A DNA stretch of 61,184 nt, filler included, from a bacterium (GTDB taxonomy: Bacteria > UBP15 > UBA6099 > JAJRTR01): NCBI GenBank assembly GCA_024278215.1. It is 3 parts of 3 records of this genome, joined end to end, with 100 filler letters (N's around TTAATTAATTAA, not from the genome) between each part and the next. Parts side by side here need not be neighbours in the genome. Positions count along the whole stretch, not along the records: positions 1 to 24,939 come from JAJRTR010000199.1; positions 25,040 to 54,241 come from JAJRTR010000200.1; 1 more part is not named here. The stretch is one strand, 5' to 3'. The position numbers and the translations under genes were made by a program. The notes under the pieces are model-generated. The model searched no databases, was not told the DNA's origin, and saw only the letters and a list, made by a program, of their open reading frames with translations. Shown in pieces: positions 20,890 through 30,781 of the stretch (the first letter of the stretch is position 1; the number at the start of each line of letters is the position of its first letter).

Positions 20890-22294
20890 GAAACGAGAAT
20901 TCGGCGGTGCGCCGCCTATAGATTTCCTTGATTTAAGCTACTTTATGCCGCTTATGACGGCGGCTGCACTCAAGGAGTCGGCAGCATTTCCCATATCGTA
21001 TGGCGGCCCCCTGAAAATGCTTGCCACCCTGGCACAGCCACTCGGCAGTCTGGCACGCCGTCAAACATTCGAGCGTTTTGTCAAAGTTTTGATGGTAAAT
21101 GAATACGAAGCCACCGGAGCGCGGCCCGAAAAATATGCAGGCTGGGTGACAAGACAGTACGACGCAAGAAGATATAATTATATTGTCATCGGCCCGCCTC
21201 TCGGGTCGCTTGTCTATCTTTCTTCTATTCTCGATGCCCCGTTCCTGCCTTTGAATTATGCGGTTGCGTGTCGCCGCAAAGCCATAAATCCCGACGACAT
21301 AAAGGAACATCTCGACACAGGCCGAAAACTCGCCGATTACTATCTCAACAACAATCCCGATATCCAGGTCACACAGGAATATGACCCCGTTCATCAGCGC
21401 CTCAGGATCAAGAACGGCTCGATTCTGCGATGCCGTTTCCAGAAACTTCCGAAAACGTACAGAACATTTATCAAAAGGCATCTCGCAGAGAACGGGACAA
21501 TCATGTTTATCGAATCCCGCATCGGATGGCGGCAGTACAAGGTCAAAGACAATTTCTTTTTTCAGATCGGCACACCGGGCGGAATTCCCGACGACGAATA
21601 CATTCGCGGCAGCAAGAGACTCGAACTTTTCCGCCAGCGCTTCCTCCAGGACAAAGCGGTCTACAGGCTGCCGCTGCCCAACGAACTGCAGCCGGAAAGC
21701 AAGTTCGGCGTGACACCCTCAATACGCAACGATACGCTTGCCGCCGCTTACAGCATGAAACGCAATATATGCCAGCTTTTCACGAACGACATCTATCAGA
21801 TCAACAAACTCGTTTCCAGACTTTTCCTGCTCTGCGCACGCCGTGAAGGGCTGAGACCAAGCTATTGCTACGTCCAGTCGGGACAGTTCCTTTCGCCATA
21901 CTGGTGTATGCAAACGCTCACAGTTCCGATATGGGTTCCCTCGCCATGCTACCCGGCGCTGCAATATGTGGACGAGTTCCTTAAGAGTTATCCTTTTGAA
22001 ATAGAGGAAGTGCTTCTTTCGTTCGAGCCCTCTATCGAGGAGGCCCCGGATTTCATAATGCTCAAACGCTGGAAAGAGACAATCGGAGCCGATACGAAAA
22101 TACGCTACATCGGCATGAACCCGTCTCGATACCCGGCAGACTTCAATGCCTTCTTTAAGTATTGGCCCGAACTGAGCAAATGGGCGAAACGCCGCCGCCG
22201 GCCCATGGACATGCGCATAACTACCGATAACTTCATCGATGAGGCGCAGAACTGCGGCATACATTTTCAGATCACAGAAAACAACAAACGATAG
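20873..22294 (+). CDS. hypothetical protein (473 aa), overlaps the 3' end of the TPR gene
   Basis: Long ORF with normal codon usage, overlapping the TPR gene end by 17 nt; no function recognised. Confidence 0.8.
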   Translation: MARAIKKREFGGAPPIDFLDLSYFMPLMTAAALKESAAFPISYGGPLKMLATLAQPLGSLARRQTFERFVKVLMVNEYEATGARPEKYAGWVTRQYDARRYNYIVIGPPLGSLVYLSSILDAPFLPLNYAVACRRKAINPDDIKEHLDTGRKLADYYLNNNPDIQVTQEYDPVHQRLRIKNGSILRCRFQKLPKTYRTFIKRHLAENGTIMFIESRIGWRQYKVKDNFFFQIGTPGGIPDDEYIRGSKRLELFRQRFLQDKAVYRLPLPNELQPESKFGVTPSIRNDTLAAAYSMKRNICQLFTNDIYQINKLVSRLFLLCARREGLRPSYCYVQSGQFLSPYWCMQTLTVPIWVPSPCYPALQYVDEFLKSYPFEIEEVLLSFEPSIEEAPDFIMLKRWKETIGADTKIRYIGMNPSRYPADFNAFFKYWPELSKWAKRRRRPMDMRITTDNFIDEAQNCGIHFQITENNKR

Positions 22295-22496
22295 TGGCGG
22301 AGTAGCGCAATGCGATGTCATACGGGGTATGCACCCGGCCCGACTGGATCACGGCGTTGCGTGTCCCGCGGATTCGCCGCCTCCTGAACAGCGTCGCCTG
22401 CGGCTACCTCTCTTCGACGAAACGTACATGGCCGCCGTCACTTTCTCCCCCTGCCGGCAGTTCGCCGTTCCACGTCTATATAGCATTTATTATTTA

Positions 22497-22675
22497 GAGC
22501 CAGTTGCAAAATTATGTTCGAAGCGAGGTCGAGCGAAATTGGTCGGAAGCAAGGCGGAGGTGCAAAATCCCCGCAGGCGTACTTGTAGAGTACGTCGAGG
22601 ATGATTTTGTGCCGACAACGCAGCTGTTAACAATTGCAGCCGACCGTAGCCGAATCAGAATTTTGCAATTGGCTC
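22497..22675 (+). mobile_element. family A MITE-like element, full copy (179 bp)
   Basis: TIRs GAGCCAGTTGCAAAATT / AATTTTGCAATTGGCTC; TTTA direct repeat on both sides. Confidence 0.9.
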
Positions 22676-22776
22676 TTTAGAATTGCATACGTATAGTTAC
22701 GATTATCATGTACAAAGGAAAGAACACTTTATTGTCGTGTCAACGATGACACGACAGTCGATTATTTGCCATTCGG

Positions 22777-23862
22777 TTACGATAAATTCGTGCCGGGCGC
22801 CGGCTTTTTCTGGTAAATTCCGCGCCTGGGGCAATTTCGCGGGTGATTCTCGGTATTTTCGAACCAGGCGAGATACTTCTCCATACTTGTTCTTCCCGAC
22901 TCGACGAGCGCTGTCTTCTTTTCTTCAGACAGGTCCAGCTCGGTCGTAAACACGCCAAGGGAATCAATAAAAACACTTCTCGCCCAATCGTCCTCATGCA
23001 GATGTTTATTACCCAATTGGTTCATGACAATCCTGACCAGAACTTTTGAAAATTCCAGCAGATTATTTATTTCGGCAGTACGCCTCTGGCGGTAGTCCCT
23101 GTAAACACCCATTTGCTCCGGGGTGTCGAGATGAAAGCCAAGTGTCTGTTTGTTATACATATATGGACTTGCATAAGGATGTTCCTGAAGGAATATTGCG
23201 TTCGCCCGCTTGTAATAATCCGTTTCAATCCCCATCAAGCCACATTCGGTATTCTCTATGTACTTTCTCCTGTCAAACAGTTTGATTGGATAGTTATTGA
23301 CAACTCCGCCGTCGACTATAACATCTCCACGCTCATTGTTGGTGGATGCGAAAAAAAATGGGATCGACATGGACGCTCTCAAGGCATCAGAAATCAAAGA
23401 GTCCGGTGTGTTTTCAAATGACATGACTTCACCGAATCCGGTGCTCAGATTCGTTGTGCATACGTAGAGATCGCCTGCCGATTCATTCTCTTTCAGGTCT
23501 CTGAATGTAGCGCCCGGTTTCCCGATCTTCTTTTCTATCAATTCCTCGATCCAGTTATTGAAATAATCGCCTGAAAACCACCCGAATTTTTTCAGCAGGC
23601 GGCCCGCGTCTTTTATTTCATTGAATACGCCTGTATCCTCATTGATAAACTGTGTGAAATCCAGTTCCAATGCTTCTTTCCGAATTTCTGCGCTTGTATA
23701 TCCTATCGCAACGAGCGCGGCAAATATCGCACCGGCGCTCACTCCGCCGAAACGCTTCACCGAGCCCAGTATATCCTTCTCCTCCATGACCTCGAGCGCG
23801 CCGATATATGCGATTCCCTTTACTCCGCCACCTTCAAATACAAGATTCCTGAATAAGTCCAT
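22777..23862 (-). CDS. patatin-like phospholipase
   Basis: GGGVKG, GVSAG nucleophile motif, ASMSIP, DGG. Confidence 0.92.
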   Translation of the reverse strand: MDLFRNLVFEGGGVKGIAYIGALEVMEEKDILGSVKRFGGVSAGAIFAALVAIGYTSAEIRKEALELDFTQFINEDTGVFNEIKDAGRLLKKFGWFSGDYFNNWIEELIEKKIGKPGATFRDLKENESAGDLYVCTTNLSTGFGEVMSFENTPDSLISDALRASMSIPFFFASTNNERGDVIVDGGVVNNYPIKLFDRRKYIENTECGLMGIETDYYKRANAIFLQEHPYASPYMYNKQTLGFHLDTPEQMGVYRDYRQRRTAEINNLLEFSKVLVRIVMNQLGNKHLHEDDWARSVFIDSLGVFTTELDLSEEKKTALVESGRTSMEKYLAWFENTENHPRNCPRRGIYQKKPAPGTNLS

Positions 23863-24041
23863 TCTACGTTACCTTTCCCGCTCCTTCTCCGAAACCGGAA
23901 ATCCATTTTTTCGCGTAATCCGGATACCGCGTTCTATAGTACTGTCAAGGCTGTTGTTCGCGTGCAAATAAAAAGAGTCTGATCACGAACATGCGACCTG
24001 CACGGTTCCTGCTATACCGGGTTATGAACAACCCTCCGCCC

Positions 24042-24608
24042 CTACCTTATCAGCTTGCTGATTTCCTGGAATTCACGATCGTTTTTTGTTTCCATAAGTT
24101 GGAAAAGCGCCATCTCCGTCGAGCAGGAAAATGCGCCGCATTGCAGAGCACGCCTTGTAGCTGTCGCGGCGTTCTCTTCTGCGCGTGACGAGACTACATC
24201 GGTGAGCCAGTGCATATTGTAGCCCGCAGCGATACCGTCAAGTGCCGACTTAATGACACAGATATGAGCTTCGATTCCACCTATGAGAATGTTTTTCCGG
24301 CCCGATTCTTCGATTGCGCGCGTAATCGCGCGATCATCAAAAACACTGAAAGCGTCCTTTTCGTAGGGCGAAAACAGGTGGCCGATTGCTCCTTTCACGT
24401 GGGCGACAGTGGGACCGAGTCCCTGTGGATATTGTTCGGTGACGATGATGGGAACTCCCAGAAGAATGCAGCCCCTTGTTATTTTCGCCGCATTGTTAAG
24501 GAGTCCGTCGATAGCGTGAATATGCGGAACGAACCGCTGCTGTATGTCTACAATAAGCAAAAGTGTATCTTCTTTTTTCAACCTTCCCGGCTTAAGATGC
24601 TGCGTCAT
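24042..24608 (-). CDS. isochorismatase-family hydrolase (YcaC-like)
   Basis: VDIQ, TEQYPQGLG, GIEAHICV. Confidence 0.9.
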   Translation of the reverse strand: MTQHLKPGRLKKEDTLLLIVDIQQRFVPHIHAIDGLLNNAAKITRGCILLGVPIIVTEQYPQGLGPTVAHVKGAIGHLFSPYEKDAFSVFDDRAITRAIEESGRKNILIGGIEAHICVIKSALDGIAAGYNMHWLTDVVSSRAEENAATATRRALQCGAFSCSTEMALFQLMETKNDREFQEISKLIR

Positions 24609-24802
24609 ATTTTAGTCTCCCCTATTTTTTTCGACCAACCGCTTTTCAAGATATTATCACAAAGAGCACGGTCTTTTTATCACCTTCCTGTTAAAAAGTT
24701 CATGCCTGTCGCGGCCCCCCCTGCTTTTCTGCTAATTTTCAGGAATGGAGTATGCACTTGACACAACCAATACGAACAGCGGACTGCGCATTATTTTCTA
24801 TG

Positions 24803-24939
24803 GAGCCAATTGCAAAATTCTGATTCGGCTACGGTCGGCTGCAATTGTCAACAGCTGCGTTGTCGGCACAAAATCATCCTCGACGTACTCTACAAGTACG
24901 CCTGCGGGGATTTTGCACCTCCGCCTTGCTTCCGACCAA
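24803..24939 (-). mobile_element. family A element, inverted, truncated by the assembly gap
   Basis: Reverse complement matches the 22497 copy at 136 of 137 positions by manual comparison. Confidence 0.9.
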
Positions 24940-25039
24940 NNNNNNNNNNNNNNNNNNNNNNNNNNNNNNNNNNNNNNNNNNNNTTAATTAATTAANNNNN
25001 NNNNNNNNNNNNNNNNNNNNNNNNNNNNNNNNNNNNNNN
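24940..25039. other. assembly gap with artificial spacer
   Basis: N run containing TTAATTAATTAA. Confidence 0.97.
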
Positions 25040-25438
25040 GCGCAGAGTGGCAAGCACGGTTGCGGCATGACCATGAGGCAGACTGCGCACGATCTCGAAA
25101 GCATCCTGCGGCAGAGCGCCGTCGTCGATGGAATGGCCCTTGAGAAGCAGCCGCAGCCCCTCGACAATATGCGGCGGCCAGTTAGTCAGATTTGCGATAG
25201 TGCGTTTGCGCACCTTACCGTCCTCGCGGTAAGACTCGCGAAGCAGAATACAGGGCGGAGAATTGCGATTAGGAACAGATTCGATATACATGAACACCAT
25301 TATAGTATACAAAAGCTGTTATGTCAAGTACTTAAAGCATATTTACATGGGTACAAATATCAACTACAGTTCATGAAATATTCTTTTGTTTGCAGGCATT
25401 TTTGTCATAATCCAGCCATTTTCAGGGGGGAAGTTCAG
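25040..25438 (-). mobile_element. IS1634-family element, left end and transposase N-terminus (CDS starts about 25291, truncated by gap)
   Basis: MYIESVPNRNSPPCILLRESYREDGKVRKRTIANL...SLPHGH; terminus CTGAACTTCCCC on the minus strand from 25438. Confidence 0.85.
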
Positions 25439-25439
25439 T

Positions 25440-26684
25440 TTAAACCGTGTTGCCTCTATCGAAGTTCCGGAATTCGGAATAGAGTTTACGCTCGTATCTC
25501 TTGAGTATTTCAATCTGTTCGCCTGCGCCCTGCATATCGTCGAACGCTTCTGAAACCGCGATATTTGTGTATGCGACAAGCTCCGGGATAATTTGCACAA
25601 GTATCATGGATTCGAGGAGCGCACTGTCTTTGCCGGCGATGTGCCTGCTTATCTGGTTTGCTACAGATGTCATGAAATTCTTTTTACCGGTGTAGCTTTT
25701 CAGCATATCATTAAACTGCATAACATCGTTCAGACTATGGTTCATCGAATCGAAGTAGCCCATCATAAACCTGGATATCATTTTCTTTTCAATATATTTT
25801 TTTTCATCGAGCCACATGCCCGACAGGACAAACTGGCATGCCTTTATCGCCATCTCTCCATCGCCTGAAAGTTTGCTGTTTACCACTGCCACGCCGTTTC
25901 CCGATTCTGTCGATATTCGATGCAGCAAAGTAACCGCGCTCCGGAACCACGTTTCCCGCGCCTGCCTCAGATACACATTCAGGAGATTTACCTCTTTCTG
26001 GTACTCGTACACTTCTTCAGGGGCAGCATCTCCCCTGCCCCGCACTTCATTCTTCACAGCGGACAGCCCGGTACCGGCTTCACCTGAATGTATTACATCC
26101 TCATTATCATAAATATAGTTTCCACTCGCATTTCCCACGGATACAGATTCAACATCATCCGCTTTTTCTATATCTGCAACGGATACTCCGGAATCGAAAT
26201 AATATTTTTCTGTCGAACAATTGTCATCAGTTGTCCCTCTCTCACCTGCATCCGGCTTCATATTTATTTCGTGTTCTTCTTCATGCTTTTCCGCCGGTGG
26301 CTTCTTTCTGAATGCCCCGAATATTGTTTTTATTTTTTTCCCTACCCTGCCGATAACTCCCGGTTTCTTTTCGGTTGCGCTCTTGTCAACAATCGTTTCA
26401 GTATAAGTTTCCTCTCCCGATTCGACATTTACGGCAGCAACATCAATACCTTCATCAGCCGGAGTTGCATCAGCGGTTTCGGCGATATGCGACTCCGCAT
26501 AATCCGTTTTCTCATCGGCAACAAACCCCTGCGACGACTGACCGGCCCCCCGCGATTCGATGGGTTCTGTTTCAGTCTCGTTCAGATTCTCTTCAAGTCG
26601 TTTCGGGATATTTGTCTGCATGCCGCAGCCGGTGCAGAATATTCTGTCTTCTCTTAATTCTTTCCCGCATTTTTTACAGAACAT
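25440..26684 (-). CDS. zinc-ribbon domain protein with long acidic linker
   Basis: MFCKKCG...FCTGCG N-terminus, E/D-rich middle, helical C-terminal region. Confidence 0.8.
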   Translation of the reverse strand: MFCKKCGKELREDRIFCTGCGMQTNIPKRLEENLNETETEPIESRGAGQSSQGFVADEKTDYAESHIAETADATPADEGIDVAAVNVESGEETYTETIVDKSATEKKPGVIGRVGKKIKTIFGAFRKKPPAEKHEEEHEINMKPDAGERGTTDDNCSTEKYYFDSGVSVADIEKADDVESVSVGNASGNYIYDNEDVIHSGEAGTGLSAVKNEVRGRGDAAPEEVYEYQKEVNLLNVYLRQARETWFRSAVTLLHRISTESGNGVAVVNSKLSGDGEMAIKACQFVLSGMWLDEKKYIEKKMISRFMMGYFDSMNHSLNDVMQFNDMLKSYTGKKNFMTSVANQISRHIAGKDSALLESMILVQIIPELVAYTNIAVSEAFDDMQGAGEQIEILKRYERKLYSEFRNFDRGNTV

Positions 26685-26941
26685 GCAGCTTATTTCTTTC
26701 ATTTTAAAGAGATCTATGTGTTTTAACTTAAAGGCGATTCAAACATACCAAATTGTATGTTACCACATAACATTGTTTCAATAAAGAACAAATGCAACTG
26801 GGTGGGGCGCGTCGCGACTTTCACAACAATGAGGGGATTTGAATTACACAGGGGGGATGCAGCCCTGATAAGAACCTACCGGAGCAAGTTGCGTGTAATC
26901 ATAGCCGATCAAAATGGAATCCTTTGAAACACATGAAAACT

Positions 26942-27814
26942 TCAGAGGCCGGGGAACGGACGCTCCGCAAGTCCCTTTTTTATCATCTCGCGGATACTGT
27001 TTTTTACGGTTTCTATGTGGCCGCTGATTTTGTCGGGATGCGGAAGATCGTCTTTGTATTCCGAGAAATCAATGGGTTCGCCAAAATAAATCCTGTATTT
27101 GCTGGGGTATGGAAGGAACCCTACCGGCCCGAACCACGGGAAAGTGGGCGTGATCGGAAAGTAAGGCATTCCGGTGAGGTCGGCCAGGGGTTTGTAATCG
27201 ACAAAAGAAGGTGCCTGCTCTTCGCCGCCGATAACCGCTGTCGGAATAATCGGCGCATTGAACCTGATGGAAAGTTCCAGAAAACCGGGTGTGAATCTCT
27301 GAAGCTGGTAACGTTTTTCCCATGTTTTGCCCGAGCCGCGTATGCCCTCGGGGAATATCATCAGCAACTCTTCGTTCGAGAGAAGTTTCTCGGCGTTTTC
27401 GATGAAGCCAGGCACCTGGCCCGCCCGCGCGAATATCAGGCTGACGACTGGCAGTGTGGGAAACCATTTTTCGACCATCGCACGCGGCAGGCGCGGGTTT
27501 TCCATCTGTGTCACGCACGCCACTGCTATCAGCATCCCGTCGAGCGGCAACTGCCCGCTGTGATTGGGCACTATGATCGCCGGGCCTTTTGTCGGTATCC
27601 TGTCGATGTCGAACGTCTCGGCTCGAAACCAGCTATTGTATGCAAACATTGAAGCCTTCACAAAAATCTTCAACTGCTCTTTGTTCAGTCCGAACTCGTC
27701 GTAACCCGAACCGGTAATCTCGTGAATATCGAGCTGATCGATTTTCTCGAGTATTTCCGGCGGCAGGGTTTTTTCGGCTCTCTCGACAAGCTTTTCAATT
27801 ATTTTCTTTTGCAT
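26942..27814 (-). CDS. lysophospholipid acyltransferase (PlsC-like)
   Basis: NHSGQLPLD (HX4D-type) and FPEG motifs; GAGGTG RBS. Confidence 0.9.
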   Translation of the reverse strand: MQKKIIEKLVERAEKTLPPEILEKIDQLDIHEITGSGYDEFGLNKEQLKIFVKASMFAYNSWFRAETFDIDRIPTKGPAIIVPNHSGQLPLDGMLIAVACVTQMENPRLPRAMVEKWFPTLPVVSLIFARAGQVPGFIENAEKLLSNEELLMIFPEGIRGSGKTWEKRYQLQRFTPGFLELSIRFNAPIIPTAVIGGEEQAPSFVDYKPLADLTGMPYFPITPTFPWFGPVGFLPYPSKYRIYFGEPIDFSEYKDDLPHPDKISGHIETVKNSIREMIKKGLAERPFPGL

Positions 27815-28128
27815 CGTTCGCACCTCTTATTGCAATGAATTGATTGTATCACATCTATGCGATATGCGACAACTTCGGGCAAGTAATCATGACATTGGCA
27901 TAATACTGATCTTGTGCGTTTTTGAAACATGTGCAGACGCGAAATATCATTCAACAACAATTACCGGATAACTAAAACCGCTGCATTTTTTAGTTTTTAT
28001 GGTATGATATGAAAGCAGGGTAACACTTCAGAAGGCTGAAGTATTACTTATTGTGTTATATCGCTGTGCGAAGAAATTCAAGCATCCGTTTCAGCTATTT
28101 TTCTTTAATACGAGGTCGGTAAATAATA

Positions 28129-29367
28129 ATGTTTATACGATTTTTCATAGAACTCAGAAGTTTCGGCATACCGGTGACGGTGAAGGAATGGCTCACACTC
28201 GTGCAGGCTCTGGAGAAAGGTCTATGCGAAGCGAGCCTCGAAAGTTTCTACTATCTGGCGCGTGCGATTCTTATAAAAAACGAAACATTCTTCGACCGCT
28301 ATGACCAGGCTTTTCAGCATTTCTTCAAAGGCGTGGAAGTGGACAGGGCGATGCTTGACGAAATACTCGAAGGGCTGAAGAAAGTCGACCCACTCGAACT
28401 CACAGAGGCTGAAAAACGGCTTCTGAAGGAACTTTCTCTGGATGAAGTTCTTGAAAACTTCCGCAAGCAATTCGAGGAAGGCCACTTCAAGGAACATGTC
28501 GGCGGAGACAAAGCCATCGGCACAGGCGGACGCTCCACACAGGGCGCTTTCGGCTACAATCCCGCCGGGGTACGCATCGGACAGGGCGAAAGTCGGCATG
28601 GACGCGCTATCCAGATTGCCGAAAAAAGGAAGTTTCGCAATTATTCCAGCAGTCACGTTCTCGACACACGCACTCTGCGTGTAGCTCTCACAAAACTTCG
28701 CACGCTGCTGCCCGAAGGCCCCGAAGATGTGCTTGATCTCGACAGTACAATAGATAAAACGTGCAAAAATGCCGGCGACCTCGAGCTTGTCTGGAAGCGC
28801 GACAGGCGCAACAGGGTGAAACTCGCGCTGTTTATGGACGTCGGCGGCTCGATGGAACCCTACCAGATAGCTGTCAGCAAACTTTTCAGTGCGGCCAAGT
28901 CGCAGATTCGCGATCTGAAATATTTCTATTTTCACAATTGCATATATCAGGATATCTGGGACAATATCGAGATGGGCAAGCCGATACCCACCAAGGAGGC
29001 AATCAACTCTCTTTCCGACGATTACAAACTGATTTTTGTCGGCGATGCTTCTATGGCGCCCAGCGAATTGCTCGATGTCAACGGTTGTATCGAGTATTTC
29101 TATAACAACGATGTGCCGGGAATATGGTGGATGCACAAATGGGCTGCGAAATTCAAATCAGCCGTCTGGCTCAACCCCATTCCGCCACATTCCTGGAATT
29201 ACTCGATGAGCACGCGCATCATAAATAAGGTGTTTCCCATGTATCCTTTGACGATTGACGGTCTTGGCGATGCGATCAAAAAACTTCTCAAACCTTCGCG
29301 GCCGATTATTACAAATGCCGAAATCCAGTCCATAGTCTCCGCGCGGCGAAGACCATATTATTATTGA
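28129..29367 (+). CDS. VWA-domain protein (CoxE-like partner of MoxR ATPases)
   Basis: DVGGSM MIDAS, YFHNC, VGDASMAP, WLNP. Confidence 0.88.
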   Translation: MFIRFFIELRSFGIPVTVKEWLTLVQALEKGLCEASLESFYYLARAILIKNETFFDRYDQAFQHFFKGVEVDRAMLDEILEGLKKVDPLELTEAEKRLLKELSLDEVLENFRKQFEEGHFKEHVGGDKAIGTGGRSTQGAFGYNPAGVRIGQGESRHGRAIQIAEKRKFRNYSSSHVLDTRTLRVALTKLRTLLPEGPEDVLDLDSTIDKTCKNAGDLELVWKRDRRNRVKLALFMDVGGSMEPYQIAVSKLFSAAKSQIRDLKYFYFHNCIYQDIWDNIEMGKPIPTKEAINSLSDDYKLIFVGDASMAPSELLDVNGCIEYFYNNDVPGIWWMHKWAAKFKSAVWLNPIPPHSWNYSMSTRIINKVFPMYPLTIDGLGDAIKKLLKPSRPIITNAEIQSIVSARRRPYYY

Positions 29368-29449
29368 ATCCGGCACTCCGCACAGCTTCTCTTTCACAAT
29401 TGCTTTTTTTCACCCTATAATAAATCGTATCTTTTGCAAACACGTTGCC

Positions 29450-30103
29450 GTGGATAATGGAATAATTATGACCAGCGCCGACATGATACCATCACATAAA
29501 GCTGTCGCAGTGATACTTGCAGGCGGGCTCAGCTCGCGTATGGGCGAGAACAAGGCTGAAATCAAATTTCGAGGAACATCCATGCTGGAACGGCTCGAAC
29601 AGGAACTTTCCGCCTACTTTGAAAAAGTCATGATCTCGACGAGGGCAGGCACGAGTAGTCAACTGGTTGCCACCGGCACAATCGGAGAGATCGTCGAAGA
29701 CGTTCTGCCCGGACGCGGACCGCTGGGTGGTCTTTTTTCGGTTATGAAATATGTCGAGAGCGAACTGTATTTCGCTGCCGCATGTGACATGCCTTTTCCC
29801 GACGGACAACTTGCGGCCGGAATGATCCGGGCTGCATCCGATACCTTCGATGTGGTAATACCCCGCATGAACAATGGCAATCTTCATCCGCTGTTCGCTG
29901 TTTACAGAAGAACCTGTCTGCCCTTCATCGACGCGCAGTTGAAAACCCGAAACAACAAGATTATCGACTTTTTCGACCGTGTTAATGTCCTCTATTATGA
30001 TGAAGTCCTGTTGAGAGATGCCGATCCGCAACTGCGTTGCCTTGAAAATGTGAATACACGCGAAGACCTGGAGAGAATTATCAGGATGGAAGATGAAAAC
30101 TGA
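29450..30103 (+). CDS. mobA: molybdenum cofactor guanylyltransferase
   Basis: LAGGLSSRMGENKA, GPLGG, CDMP, NVNTREDL. Confidence 0.92.
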   Translation: MDNGIIMTSADMIPSHKAVAVILAGGLSSRMGENKAEIKFRGTSMLERLEQELSAYFEKVMISTRAGTSSQLVATGTIGEIVEDVLPGRGPLGGLFSVMKYVESELYFAAACDMPFPDGQLAAGMIRAASDTFDVVIPRMNNGNLHPLFAVYRRTCLPFIDAQLKTRNNKIIDFFDRVNVLYYDEVLLRDADPQLRCLENVNTREDLERIIRMEDEN

Positions 30104-30121
30104 TCAAGTAATATATCAGGT

Positions 30122-30160
30122 GAGCCGGTCGCAGCAGAATCAGAATGTTGCAATCGGCTC
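30122..30160 (+). repeat. family A right-end fragment
   Basis: CGCAGCAGAATCAGAATGTTGCAATCGGCTC matches the family A right end. Confidence 0.65.
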
Positions 30161-30199
30161 AGGTGCATAATAAAATTCTGTCATCGTGGAGCAACTCGC

Positions 30200-30781
30200 A
30201 TGAACGATAACAAAAGCAAAGCCGCCGGACAGGCCGGTGTCCCCCCATTAATTTCAGTGGTCGGCAAATCGAATTCGGGAAAAACTACTTTTCTTGAAAA
30301 GTTGATTGCAGAATTCAAACAGCGTGGCTGTAAGGTCGGAGTCATCAAGCACGACGCTCATTCGTTTGAAATAGATCACAAGGGAAAAGACAGCTACCGC
30401 CTTAAACATGCCGGGGCGGACACGATGATAATATCTTCGTCCACACAACTTGCAATGGTGAAAAACACGACGGAAGACACTGCTCTCGTCAATCTGCGGG
30501 CGGCATACATGATGGACATGGACATTATTCTCGCTGAGGGGTACAAGAGAGAGCGTGCACATAAAATAGAGATTTCACGACGTGAGAATTCCACGGATAT
30601 ACTGTGTGAGGAAGATGACTGCCTGGCCCTTGTAACAAACTGGAACCCGCCGCTTGACGTACCGAAGTTTGCACTCGACGACGTACAGGGTATCGCTGAT
30701 ATGATACAGCAGCGTTTCCTTAACAACAGTAGTGGTTGCGGTCAACGGCATTGCGAAGGAACATCGAATGATCGAGTATGA
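30200..30781 (+). CDS. mobB: molybdopterin-guanine dinucleotide biosynthesis protein B
   Basis: GKSNSGKTT, IKHDAH, GKDSYR, EGYK. Confidence 0.92.
   Translation: MNDNKSKAAGQAGVPPLISVVGKSNSGKTTFLEKLIAEFKQRGCKVGVIKHDAHSFEIDHKGKDSYRLKHAGADTMIISSSTQLAMVKNTTEDTALVNLRAAYMMDMDIILAEGYKRERAHKIEISRRENSTDILCEEDDCLALVTNWNPPLDVPKFALDDVQGIADMIQQRFLNNSSGCGQRHCEGTSNDRV

Noticed and set aside
22295-22490. GC-rich spacer whose minus strand ends in CTCCGCCA (tRNA/tmRNA-like end)
   Set aside because: No T-loop or cloverleaf; no ncRNA family recognisable.
22777-23862. Patatin as a CBASS CapV effector
   Set aside because: No CD-NTase or cap2/cap3 genes nearby.
24940-25039. TTAATTAATTAA palindrome inside N runs (also 54286-54297)
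   Set aside because: Artificial contig spacer with stops in all frames; not biological.
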